Assembly (NCBI GenBank): GCA_963830915.1
Contig: CAWHOE010000049.1
Coordinates: 1 to 64,000, forward strand
Direction: 5' to 3'
Length of the DNA stretch: 64,000 bases
From: a candidate division FCPU426 bacterium
Lineage (GTDB): Bacteria; Oederibacteriota; Muellerivitia; Muellerivitales; Muellerivitaceae
Of this stretch, positions 1-9,464 are shown in pieces (the stretch's first letter is position 1; every line of letters begins with the position of its first letter). The position numbers and the translations under genes were made by a program. Below the pieces are notes generated by a model. The model saw nothing but the letters and a program-made list of their open reading frames with translations. It did no database searches and was not told the origin of the DNA.

Positions 1-49
1 CCAAGAACCACTAGCGTTTCCCTCGCTCTTCGTAAGAGAGTTCCGGCTC

Positions 50-496
50 GTGACCAAGATGTTCCGTGCCCTGTCAGCCGCCCTCATCGTCGCCGTCGCC
101 TCGCTCGCCGGCGCTCTTTATCTCGGGCACGAACACTCCGGCCGCGACGGACAGGCTTTCTTGGAAGCAGGGCCTGGGGCGTCGCCACGCTCGACCTGCG
201 CGGGCTTCTGCAGAGTCCGGGATCGCCCGATCAGCGCATGCTCGACAACGCTTTCCGGCAGGTCGAGAAGGCCTACTATAAACCCGTCAGCGCGCAGCTG
301 CTGCTCTCCGGCGAACAGCACGAGCTGGTCAAATACCTCAAGGACCATCACGTCGGCGATCCGGCCATCCCCGCGCTTTCGGCCACGGGAGACGAGGCGC
401 AAGACATCCACGCGCTCAACCGCGACCTCGAGATCGCGCAGAACCTCTACGGAAACAGACGTCCGAGGCCGAGCTGACGCAAGCGGCGATCCGCGG
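50..496 (+). pseudogene. Frameshifted N-terminal fragment of an unrelated exported protein (resembles an S41/CtpA peptidase N-terminus); probably a chimeric contig end
   Basis: Joining frames across apparent indels at ~170-180 and ~452 gives MFRALSAALIVAVASLAGALYLG...MLDNAFRQVEKAYYKPV...LEIAQNLYG-KQTSEAELTQAAIRG; the sequence then switches to a FlgD/OmpA protein. Confidence 0.45.
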
Positions 497-1342
497 GAGC
501 GGACGATCTACACTTGGGACGGCAGGACGGATGACGGTGACTTGGTGCCACAAGGGAATTACCGCATTGACTTGCAGGTAACCGATGACGAGGACCGGTC
601 CAACCGGGCTGTCCCGAAGAGCGTTTACGCCAAGTGGATCCCTAAGAAAGTTCCCTATCAATATGGTTTCCAGGTCTCCGGCGACCTCTTGTTCGACTCG
701 GGGAAGGATGAGTTGATGGCCCGAGGGTACGAGGCCATCCAGAAAGTCATCGGGACCATCCAGCAAAAATATCCCGAAAGCCAGATCGTGGTGGCGGGGC
801 ATACGGATAACCAAAATCTGGTGCCGGGCGCTCGATTCGCCAATAACCAAGTGCTTTCTCAAGCCCGCGCCCAAGCGGTCCGCGATTACCTGGTTTCCCA
901 TGGCGTGGACGGCAACCGTCTGACCGTAGTGGGTTATGGAGACACCAAGCCGGTCGCCCCCAATACCAACGAGGAAGGCAGGGCCAAGAACCGCCGAGTC
1001 GAACTGATCGTTTCCGGTGTGAAGGTCGCCACCGCGCCTGACATGATCGAGGAAGGCTTACCCCTGCTCCAACAGAAGAATTACAAGGACGCCTTGGATA
1101 AGTTCCTGATGGCCCTGGACGCGGACTCCCGCAACGCGCAAGCCTGGCGTTTGGCGGGTGATTGTTACCTGAGCCTGGGGGCTAGGGACAAGGCCAATAT
1201 CGCCTATAGGAAATCATTGAAATACAATCCTGGCGATACCCAGTTGAAGGCCTGGCTGGACCAGTATGGGCAACCCGAATTCGCGCCGATTCCTTCGTCC
1301 AATTCAGGGCAGTTTTCCTCTGTTCCGCTTCCGGGAATGTAA
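497..1342 (+). CDS. 5'-truncated FlgD Ig-like + OmpA C-terminal peptidoglycan-binding + TPR protein
   Basis: YTWDGRTDDGDLVPQGNY (FlgD-like); LLFDSGK..GHTDN..LSQARAQAVRDYL..GYGDTKP..NRRVE (OmpA_C); TPR-like helices at C-terminus. Confidence 0.85.
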   Translation, partial: ERTIYTWDGRTDDGDLVPQGNYRIDLQVTDDEDRSNRAVPKSVYAKWIPKKVPYQYGFQVSGDLLFDSGKDELMARGYEAIQKVIGTIQQKYPESQIVVAGHTDNQNLVPGARFANNQVLSQARAQAVRDYLVSHGVDGNRLTVVGYGDTKPVAPNTNEEGRAKNRRVELIVSGVKVATAPDMIEEGLPLLQQKNYKDALDKFLMALDADSRNAQAWRLAGDCYLSLGARDKANIAYRKSLKYNPGDTQLKAWLDQYGQPEFAPIPSSNSGQFSSVPLPGM

Positions 1343-1439
1343 ATAACCCAGCCCTGTTTTTTAAATCCTCGATGACATCCAAAGCCGATCGGTTAAAGAT
1401 TGGGTTTTAACTTAATGAACCCTCTGCGCGAAATAGTGG

Positions 1440-3584
1440 TTACTTCGGTTCGGTTTTCTTCGTGTCCAATATCAAAACTTCCAGATTTTTTGAAGCGTCG
1501 CTTGCGTTCGGTTTTGCTTTCAAAGCCATCTGAAAAGCTTTCCTTGCCTCTCCCCATCGGCCTTGCTTATAGAGCATGCAACCCATCTCATTGAAAAGGT
1601 GGGCCATAGGATGACCCTTCTGAACGGCCTTTTGCTCATCCTCGATCGCCTGCCCGTATTCGTTCTTGGCGCAAAGGTGGATGGCCCTTATCCGCCAGAA
1701 GCGGGATTCCAACAAGGGATCGCCATGGAACAAAGGATAGCCTTTGTCCAATACCCCCAGCATTGCCCTTTGGTCCGGGTCCACGCCCAGTTCCATGACC
1801 TGGTCGGTCAACTCGGCCAGAGCTTGGTCGGCCTTTAACCAACGCGTGAATAAGTCTCTGTTTGAATCGTCGATTGGGACGATATCCAAAAGCACGCCCC
1901 CGTCCCTTCTATCCAATCCTACCGACAGCCATCCCCATCTTCCATTCGGGAATAATTTATTCAGATAAGGCTCCTCGTGGATATTTCCTAAAATACCCGC
2001 CCATTTCGCTTTAGATGATTCAAGGCCCGGGTTTTCGCCGGCGTTGAATTCGTAAGTCGCGATCCTCAGGGTCTGATCGAATGGGTCGGGATCAAAATTC
2101 AGGAAGATCAAGCCTGGGCCATTCCTTTTGGCGGCGTCCTCCAACAAGGAAAAGGATTTGAAGAATTCAGGGGACTTGTGGGCCCCGAAATAAGCCGGAT
2201 CCTGGAACCACTTCTGGGGGTAACGTTGAAAAAGGTGGATACCATCCAGTAAAAGGGAAGAGAAGATCAAGACGAGGAAAAACAGGACCTTTCGTCTCGC
2301 CGTGAAAGCTCCAAGCAAGAACTGTAACCCCGCTACTGACCCCAGGATCAGGATCGGCAATAGGGTGATCAGGCGCATGATCTCGATGTTGTCCGTCATG
2401 AAAGCCGGCGTGAAAAACAGGAAGAAAGCCAATAGGCACCAGATGCCCAAGGGATTTACCCGGGATCTCAAGAGAACGACCATGCCCATCAGGAAAAGGG
2501 AGCCTGATACGGGATTCAATAACCCGCCCCATACCGGACCATGAAAAAAGGAATTCGCGGGAATCCCCCAGAAGATGGCGGCGAAATAATCCCAAAGGAT
2601 GTGGAGGTGTTCGGCGCCGGAATGCTGGCTGGTGAAGGACCAGAGATGGGAGAAATAACCCCGGTTTTCATTTAAGAAAGCCAAAGCCAGTGGAAGGGCG
2701 GTGATAACGACGACCAAGGAAAAAAGAGCCAGGGATCTGAGACGTTCCCATAAGCGGCTATATCCGGTGGTGGCCAAGGTCAGAAAAACCATAACGATCA
2801 CCAAAGGCCAGGCGAGGTAGATGTAAAGTCCGGTGCCCGCGAGTATGGAAAGGACCGTGAGCCTAAATAACCGGCGGGTAGGGTTCAGGAGGAATCCGGC
2901 CAAAGCCCAGAAGGTGAGTCCTTCCCAAACCAGCATCAGGATGCTTTGGACCGAATATCTACCGGTGTAGAGGACCCAGAAACAGGACGCGGTCAAGGTT
3001 AGGACGATGAAAGCCGCGGAGTTTGATAGATAGCGCCGACAGGCCAGCCAAGTCAAAACAACGAACAATAATGAGCAGAGGGCCGGGAAAAGCCAAAGCG
3101 CGAAAAGGGAAGTGCCGAGGAGTTTGAATGTCCCCGCTAATAACCAGGAGTAAAGGGCTGGTTCTTGGCTTGGGCTGTGGAGAAGGGTCCAATCCCAATG
3201 CTGGGTCTGGCGGAGAGCGAAGTACCCAAATACACCCTCATCCACGATGGGCCAGGAAAATAGGCTGGTCAATTTATAGAAGCGCAGGAACGCCGCGGCG
3301 GCCAGGACCAGGGCCACCCACCCGGCGTGGATTTTCGGCAGGGCTTCAGTCAACAGCGCGTTCGTTCCGCGGGGGACCAAGAAGGCGATCCCTATTAAGC
3401 TGACTCCGAGAATGAGGAAAAAGGCCGTCTTCCACTCCAAGGAAAGTTCGGCGTATGAGAGCAATATATTAGCGCTCAGCAATGACGAGAATAGTATGGA
3501 CGCCACCCAAGCGGGATAGCGCCGGGTCACTTCCCTGAGCGGAGCGTGAAGAAGGCCGTGAAGTTTGGAAGGTCGTAAGGTCAT
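1440..3584 (-). CDS. GT39/ArnT-PMT-like GT-C membrane glycosyltransferase with C-terminal TPR
   Basis: 714 aa multi-TM; LRFYKL..WPIVDEG motif after the first TM segments, EPALY, TPR tail. Confidence 0.75.
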   Translation of the reverse strand: MTLRPSKLHGLLHAPLREVTRRYPAWVASILFSSLLSANILLSYAELSLEWKTAFFLILGVSLIGIAFLVPRGTNALLTEALPKIHAGWVALVLAAAAFLRFYKLTSLFSWPIVDEGVFGYFALRQTQHWDWTLLHSPSQEPALYSWLLAGTFKLLGTSLFALWLFPALCSLLFVVLTWLACRRYLSNSAAFIVLTLTASCFWVLYTGRYSVQSILMLVWEGLTFWALAGFLLNPTRRLFRLTVLSILAGTGLYIYLAWPLVIVMVFLTLATTGYSRLWERLRSLALFSLVVVITALPLALAFLNENRGYFSHLWSFTSQHSGAEHLHILWDYFAAIFWGIPANSFFHGPVWGGLLNPVSGSLFLMGMVVLLRSRVNPLGIWCLLAFFLFFTPAFMTDNIEIMRLITLLPILILGSVAGLQFLLGAFTARRKVLFFLVLIFSSLLLDGIHLFQRYPQKWFQDPAYFGAHKSPEFFKSFSLLEDAAKRNGPGLIFLNFDPDPFDQTLRIATYEFNAGENPGLESSKAKWAGILGNIHEEPYLNKLFPNGRWGWLSVGLDRRDGGVLLDIVPIDDSNRDLFTRWLKADQALAELTDQVMELGVDPDQRAMLGVLDKGYPLFHGDPLLESRFWRIRAIHLCAKNEYGQAIEDEQKAVQKGHPMAHLFNEMGCMLYKQGRWGEARKAFQMALKAKPNASDASKNLEVLILDTKKTEPK

Positions 3585-3716
3585 GAATGTGGGAATATTA
3601 TAAGGTCAAGCCCTGGAGCCCATGGGAATAAATGGACTTCCGCTGTTTTTGCTTGTTTCGATTCGTTCTTTCTGTTTAGCATAGGGAAAATCAAGAAGCG
3701 AAAGTACGAGGGAAGC

Positions 3717-4160
3717 ATGCGAAAGATCCTGGTCATCCACGGCCCCAACCTGAACCTGCTGGGCGAACGGGAACCCAATGTCTATGGTTCGGTCACGCTG
3801 GAAGAGATCAACCAGGAGATCCAGGCGGAGGGAGCGAAAAACGGTCTGGAAATCCGGATCGTCCAATCCAATCACGAGGGCGAGATCGTCGAGACCATCC
3901 AGAACGCCCGCCATTGGGCGGATGTCATCATCATCAATCCGGCTGCCTATACCCATACTTCCGTCGCCATTCGGGACGCCCTGTCGGCCGTCTCCATCCC
4001 CTCCATTGAGGTCCATCTTTCCAATATCCACGCCAGGGAAGGGTTCCGCCAATCCTCCCATGTGTCCCCGGTCGCGGTGGGGCAAGTAGTGGGTTTCGGG
4101 AAATACAGCTATCTTTTGGCTTTGAAAGCCGCCTGCTTGATCCCCATCAAGGAAAAGTGA
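3717..4160 (+). CDS. aroQ: Type II 3-dehydroquinate dehydratase
   Basis: HGPNLNLLGEREPNVYG, QSNHEG, INPAAYTHTS, EVHLSNIHARE. Confidence 0.98.
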   Translation: MRKILVIHGPNLNLLGEREPNVYGSVTLEEINQEIQAEGAKNGLEIRIVQSNHEGEIVETIQNARHWADVIIINPAAYTHTSVAIRDALSAVSIPSIEVHLSNIHAREGFRQSSHVSPVAVGQVVGFGKYSYLLALKAACLIPIKEK

Positions 4161-4194
4161 AAAACGGGATTCCTTAACCTGTTAAAATAACCCC

Positions 4195-7100
4195 ATGAAT
4201 TCCATCCTCCGCAAGCCCCTCGAAGCCCGTCGTTTGTGGGAGTTCCTGTTCCTTTCCATTGGCGCCTATCTTCTGTTCCATCCGGCCCTGGCGGACCCTC
4301 GTTCCTACGCCGTGGCCCTGGGCGGAGGCTTGGCGTTATTCCTGTTCAAACCCTTGATCCTGGACCGGGAAGATGTCCTGGGGAAAGCCTGGTGGGCTTT
4401 CCTTCTCTATATTCTCCTTGGCTCTTTATGGTCCCTTGAGCCGGGTATCACTCTCCGCTCGGCGGGTTTTCTCTTTTTGGGTACGGTCCTTTTCCTCGCG
4501 GTCAGACAAAGCGGCGCCTCCACCCAGAGACTTTTGGAGGGTATCGGTTTGACGCTGGCCTTGGCCGCCGCCTGTGTCGCACTCTATCAGAGACTTTATG
4601 GTTTCGACGAACTGGCCATGACCCTTCCTCAATTATCGGGGGAATTCTTGAAACAAGCGACCGCGGCCGCGCATAACAAACGCGCTTTCGGACCTTTGGC
4701 GACCCCGGGGGCTTTGGCAGCCCTCATGATCTTTTTCATCCCCCAGATATTGATCAAGACGGCTGGTAGGAAAGGGTCCGGGCGTCTCTGGGGCTTGGGT
4801 TTGACCGCAGTCCTGTTATCCGCTCTCTGGACCACGCAAAGCGCGGGCGCTTGGGCCAGCCTGCTGTTGGCCGCGCTGATCGTTCTTTGGATCAGGCGTT
4901 CGGGTTGGGCGATGGGAGCGACTTTGTTGATGGGACTGGCCGTTCTTTTTAAAGTGGTGATGGGTAGGGGCCTTCAAAGCTGGCTGTTGGCGGCCTTCTC
5001 CATGAGGATCGGATTGTGGCAATCGGCCTGGGTATTGTTCCTTCAGCACCCCCTGCTGGGAACTGGTTTGGGGACTTTCGGGGAACTTTACCAGGGCTCG
5101 GGGATGGACTTGGGCGCGGGCGCGCGCTACACCCATGACCTTCCGCTTCAAGTTTTGGTCGAGACGGGCGGGGTTGGGTTCCTTCTATTGTCGGCGGCCA
5201 TCTTCAGCATCCTCAGACGCTTCAAGACCCAGGCCCGCTGGGAAGCCTGGGGTGTGGGAACGGGAATCCTGGCCGTCCTGATATTTTCCCTGGTGGACCT
5301 GCCTTTCCAAATGACCGAACTGGTCTGGTTCTTCGCCGCGATCGCGGGACGGTTGGAGATCGAACCGGAAAAGGGAACCACCAAGCCGGACCTGCCAATG
5401 AAATGGGTGGAATGGGGACTGCTCGGGATCTTCCTGGTGACCGGTTTTTGGCCGCCTTTCCGTCCATGGAACTTCTGCTTGCTGGCCCTGTCTCTCTGGG
5501 TGTTATTGGGATATTTCCAGCCCAGGCTTGATCGGTTGCCTGTTTGGGCGGTATTGGGCGGTATCTATCTCACTGGACGGGCTTTTTTCTCCCCCTCGGC
5601 TTCCGGAACGGTCCGATTCCTGGATGTTTTCGGAATCCTGATCTGCTTCTTTTTGATCCTGCCCCATATGAACGAACCCAAAAAGTTCATGAGACATTTT
5701 TTCCTTCTGGGTTTGGCCTGGGCGGTCGTGGTCTGGTGGATGACCTTCCATTACGCCGGGGATAGTCTGTATTCCTGGATCCATTTCCAATACTCTGACG
5801 TCAAGGATATGACCTTCTTCGTGAACCCCAAACAAGTGGGGATCGTGTTAGGGGCGTTATTATTGCTCCTTCTTTCCAAGCCGTGGAATGGCATCAAGAC
5901 CCTGGCGGCGGGTCTGGCCTTGCTCACGGTGGCCAGGTTGAAATCCTTTTCCGGGGCGGCGGTCATTTTGCTCGGAGCGGTCACCCGTCTTTTCTACCAG
6001 TTGAAAAGCCGTTATCGACTGCCAGTCATCGCTTGCCTTGTTTTCTTGATCCTTATGGGTCTGGGTGTGGTTCGGTCCTTCGATCCCAGTCCGACAAAAT
6101 ATGAAAGGTTCGGTTTTTGGGAATCGGCGCTGAAAGTCTGGTGCATGGAACCCATCCTGGGTGTTGGGCCGGGGGCTTTCGCTGGGTACTACCACTTGGT
6201 CAAGGAACCCAGGACCGAGGGAATAAATCGGTACCTCATGGACGCCGAGTACGCCCATAACGAATATCTGGATTTCCTGGCGGCTTTCGGCCTTTTGGGC
6301 CTCCTTTTTCTTTCCATTCTCGCTTATAAAACCTGGAAAGGGATGAAGGTTATTGACCAAAAATCCGCGGCAGCGGGGTTGGCCGCGGCGGCTTTTGTGG
6401 ATTTTTGCCTTCATACGCCCTTGATCGCATTGCAGGGCGTGGGTTTGTTGACGCCGGGCGAAAAGAGCAAAACACAAACCTCCTGGATCAGCGCCTTTCT
6501 GGCACTGGGGTTGGCGTTGGGTCTGTTCGGGTCCGCGGCCTTCGCGCCATTGCTCAAACAAAAGCACGAGCGACTGGTGGCGGAAAACAAACTTCCCGAA
6601 GGCCTGGAAACCATTGAGACCGCCGAGCGCTTGAACGCCTGGGACGCTCAATACGCCTGGACGAAAGCCGATTATCTGGACAAGCTTTATTTCGCCACCA
6701 AGGACCCAACCTGGGAACAAAGGTCCGATGAGGCCTTAGATCGTTCGCTGAAACTGGAACAAACGGATGGCGGTAGGAAAATGGAAAAGGCTGAAAGGCT
6801 CACGAACCGCCTGAGCCTGGACCAGGATTCCAAGGCCATCGAAAAAGCCGAGGCTGCCTGGGGTGAGGCCAAGATGGCCCTGCCATTGAACGCATTCGTC
6901 TTTTTTGAGGAAGGGCTCTATAACCTTAGGATGAGGCAGAAAACAGGGACCGGTTGGGTTTCCGCGAAAAATGGTTATGGACTTCGGGCTTTCGATGATT
7001 TTCGTACCGCGTCCTTTCTGGAACCTAATTTCGCCTCGGCTTGGATGGAATTGGGTATTTGCCGTCAGGGATTGGGGGAGGCCAGCGCTGTGAATGATTA

Positions 7101-7224
7101 TCGTAAAGCGCTGGAAGTGTATGAACGTTGGAAGGATGCGGAACGGATCGACCCCCTTGAAAAGGAGATGGTTAGCCTCAATCCCCAGGCGATAGAATTC
7201 CTGGAAAAGGCGTCCAATCCATGA
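4195..7224 (+). CDS. O-antigen ligase (Wzy_C/WaaL/O-OTase-like) family protein with two ligase-like domains and TPR-like tail
   Basis: Two copies of R..W..A......P+LG.G.G.F....H[DN]: PLLGTGLGTF..YTHDLPLQ and PILGVGPGAF..YAHNEYL. Confidence 0.8.
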   Translation: MNSILRKPLEARRLWEFLFLSIGAYLLFHPALADPRSYAVALGGGLALFLFKPLILDREDVLGKAWWAFLLYILLGSLWSLEPGITLRSAGFLFLGTVLFLAVRQSGASTQRLLEGIGLTLALAAACVALYQRLYGFDELAMTLPQLSGEFLKQATAAAHNKRAFGPLATPGALAALMIFFIPQILIKTAGRKGSGRLWGLGLTAVLLSALWTTQSAGAWASLLLAALIVLWIRRSGWAMGATLLMGLAVLFKVVMGRGLQSWLLAAFSMRIGLWQSAWVLFLQHPLLGTGLGTFGELYQGSGMDLGAGARYTHDLPLQVLVETGGVGFLLLSAAIFSILRRFKTQARWEAWGVGTGILAVLIFSLVDLPFQMTELVWFFAAIAGRLEIEPEKGTTKPDLPMKWVEWGLLGIFLVTGFWPPFRPWNFCLLALSLWVLLGYFQPRLDRLPVWAVLGGIYLTGRAFFSPSASGTVRFLDVFGILICFFLILPHMNEPKKFMRHFFLLGLAWAVVVWWMTFHYAGDSLYSWIHFQYSDVKDMTFFVNPKQVGIVLGALLLLLLSKPWNGIKTLAAGLALLTVARLKSFSGAAVILLGAVTRLFYQLKSRYRLPVIACLVFLILMGLGVVRSFDPSPTKYERFGFWESALKVWCMEPILGVGPGAFAGYYHLVKEPRTEGINRYLMDAEYAHNEYLDFLAAFGLLGLLFLSILAYKTWKGMKVIDQKSAAAGLAAAAFVDFCLHTPLIALQGVGLLTPGEKSKTQTSWISAFLALGLALGLFGSAAFAPLLKQKHERLVAENKLPEGLETIETAERLNAWDAQYAWTKADYLDKLYFATKDPTWEQRSDEALDRSLKLEQTDGGRKMEKAERLTNRLSLDQDSKAIEKAEAAWGEAKMALPLNAFVFFEEGLYNLRMRQKTGTGWVSAKNGYGLRAFDDFRTASFLEPNFASAWMELGICRQGLGEASAVNDYRKALEVYERWKDAERIDPLEKEMVSLNPQAIEFLEKASNP

Positions 7225-9464
7225 GGATGCCGAGTCCTATCCCAAAAACGGAGAAGATGGACCTGTCAATGGGTCTCGTTTTATTCATCCTGGTATGTCT
7301 TTTTTACTGGAAAGTCCTATTCGGCCACGGGACTTTTGTTTTCGTGGACGCTTCCAGATTCTTTTTCCCTCTCTGGAAATGGGGCGCCAAGGCCCTGGCC
7401 CGGGGGATCATTCCCCTTTGGAACCCCGACGCTCAGTTCGGTTCCCCTTATTTCGCCGATCCCCAGATGGCGTATGCCTATCCACCCGTCCCGCTTCTTT
7501 ATTCCTTCCTGGATCCGGTTCAGGCTTTCAACGCGATCATCCTTCTGCATCACTTCTGGGCCTTGTTGGGGTCGTGGTTCTTCCTGAGACGCCAGGAACT
7601 TTCCGTCAGGGCCAGCCTGGCTGGGTGCCTCATCTTCGGTTTTTCCCTGCATCTGGTTTGTTCCTCCTGGACCCCGCCGGCCATGATGACCATCAGCTGG
7701 ATGCCATGGGTTTTTCTTTCGGCGGAAAAACTATTCTCGGGTGAGAAAGGTGGTTTGCTCACTCTTTCGCTGGCGTTGGCCATGCAGGTTTCAGCGGGTT
7801 ACCCGGTTTTGTGCTACTTGACGGGATTGGCATTGATACTGCATTTGATCTGGAAAATATTTCGGCCCTCACTCGCGGGGTGGGCCAATCGAGCGAAGGG
7901 GTTGACCTGGTTCCCGGCGGCCTTGGGAATCGCGGTGATCTATAACCTGGTTTGGGGCCTACCTTTCGCGGAATTCTTCCAGCAAAGCAATTATCAGGAA
8001 GGCGGGAACCATGTGCAGGCCTTGACCTGGCTGGACCTGGGTACTTTCTTGTCCCCGTTCCTGCAGGGGCATCCTCTGGGCCAGGATTATCATGGGCCCC
8101 ATTACTGGATCTCGACCTATTTCATCGGGCTTCCCCCGCTTTGTTTATTGGTTTGGGGCCTTATCTCCGGTGGTTTCAAGAAAGTCTCATTGACCATTTT
8201 TGCCCTCGTGCTGGTCCTGAGTTTGGGTGAAACCCTCGGCGTGGGCGGGTGGTTGAAGAACCTAGTTCCGGGATACCATCTGGTCATCCGATCGGGATTT
8301 TGGCTTGCTCCTTTATTATTCTGGGCGGCTTGGCTTTGCGCCGAGTCCCTTGACCGCTTGTTGGAATCATCGTCCAAAACCCTGAACCTGTGGCAATGGA
8401 TCGGGGGGGTGGGATTGGTCTATGGCCTTTCGGTATTGATTGGCCGGGTGCTTTTCCCCATATTCTTCTGTCTTTCGGCGGTGTCAACGCTCTTGGCTGG
8501 AGTTTCGCGAAAAATCCCATCCCGGTTTCGATGGTTGTTGATTCTGGTCGCGCTTGTTTCATCCCTGGGAATAGCCGCGGTCAGCGTGAACATCCTACTG
8601 GACCGTTCTTATTATGAGCGCGCGCCCCAGGTCATCGATCGGATCTATAAACCTGGACGTCTGATCTTTTCTCCCATCCTCATGAAGGAGTCGGTCCACC
8701 TTCAGGGAAAAGACATGGCCGACGCTTACGATTGGGCCAAGCAAAGCATGCTTCCCAACTGGCCCTTGATGTACGGGAAGCAGGAAGTGCCTTTTTATAA
8801 CACCTTCCAGATGAAAGGGTCGGATGATTGGACGGTGAGGGCCTTTCAGATATCCCTCAGGCATTCCCGAAGGGTCATGGACTTCCTGGGGGTCCGGTAC
8901 CTTTTCGGCAAGAACCAATTCAAGGATTTCATGCCAGTCGTGGATGGGGATGGCAAAGTCCCTATTTCAGAGAACCCCACCCCCTTGCCCATCTGGTATT
9001 CAGTGAGGAAGGCGATCGCCGCTTTACCTACCCTGGAAGAGGATTTTTTGAGGGCCGACAAGACCAAGATGGATTATGGGAAGGCCTGTTTCATCCAGGA
9101 CGCTTCCAAAGCCGGGTCTTATGAGTTCAGGCAAGTCCTGATCCATGAAGAGACCCCGAACCATGTGGAGATATACGCCCCGGGGAAGGGAAAGACGATT
9201 ATTGTTTCCTCGACCTCAGCCTATCCAGGCTGGAAGGTTTTTCACGCCGAAGGGGGTTGGCAGCCGCTGGAACTGATCAACCACGATTTCCAAGGCTTCG
9301 TCCTGGATGAGAATGAGAGGGTGAGCCTGGTCTATTACCAACCTTTGTCTTTCCGGCTGGGGCTCTTCATGGCTCTTTTGGTCGTGGGTTTGTGGATGGG
9401 ACTTTTGTTAAAAACAACGATCGCCCATGGAACGGATCAGCTGAAATCCTTAATTTCCAGATAA
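7221..9464 (+). CDS. YfhO-family GT-C membrane glycosyltransferase
   Basis: PLWNPDAQFGSPYFADPQ; C-terminal SAYPGW..Y.P.SFRLG typical of YfhO. Confidence 0.8.
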   Translation: MRMPSPIPKTEKMDLSMGLVLFILVCLFYWKVLFGHGTFVFVDASRFFFPLWKWGAKALARGIIPLWNPDAQFGSPYFADPQMAYAYPPVPLLYSFLDPVQAFNAIILLHHFWALLGSWFFLRRQELSVRASLAGCLIFGFSLHLVCSSWTPPAMMTISWMPWVFLSAEKLFSGEKGGLLTLSLALAMQVSAGYPVLCYLTGLALILHLIWKIFRPSLAGWANRAKGLTWFPAALGIAVIYNLVWGLPFAEFFQQSNYQEGGNHVQALTWLDLGTFLSPFLQGHPLGQDYHGPHYWISTYFIGLPPLCLLVWGLISGGFKKVSLTIFALVLVLSLGETLGVGGWLKNLVPGYHLVIRSGFWLAPLLFWAAWLCAESLDRLLESSSKTLNLWQWIGGVGLVYGLSVLIGRVLFPIFFCLSAVSTLLAGVSRKIPSRFRWLLILVALVSSLGIAAVSVNILLDRSYYERAPQVIDRIYKPGRLIFSPILMKESVHLQGKDMADAYDWAKQSMLPNWPLMYGKQEVPFYNTFQMKGSDDWTVRAFQISLRHSRRVMDFLGVRYLFGKNQFKDFMPVVDGDGKVPISENPTPLPIWYSVRKAIAALPTLEEDFLRADKTKMDYGKACFIQDASKAGSYEFRQVLIHEETPNHVEIYAPGKGKTIIVSSTSAYPGWKVFHAEGGWQPLELINHDFQGFVLDENERVSLVYYQPLSFRLGLFMALLVVGLWMGLLLKTTIAHGTDQLKSLISR

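Noticed and set aside
50..1342. 430-aa novel fusion protein
   Set aside because: N-terminal third is an out-of-frame read of a different, frameshifted gene joined near 497.
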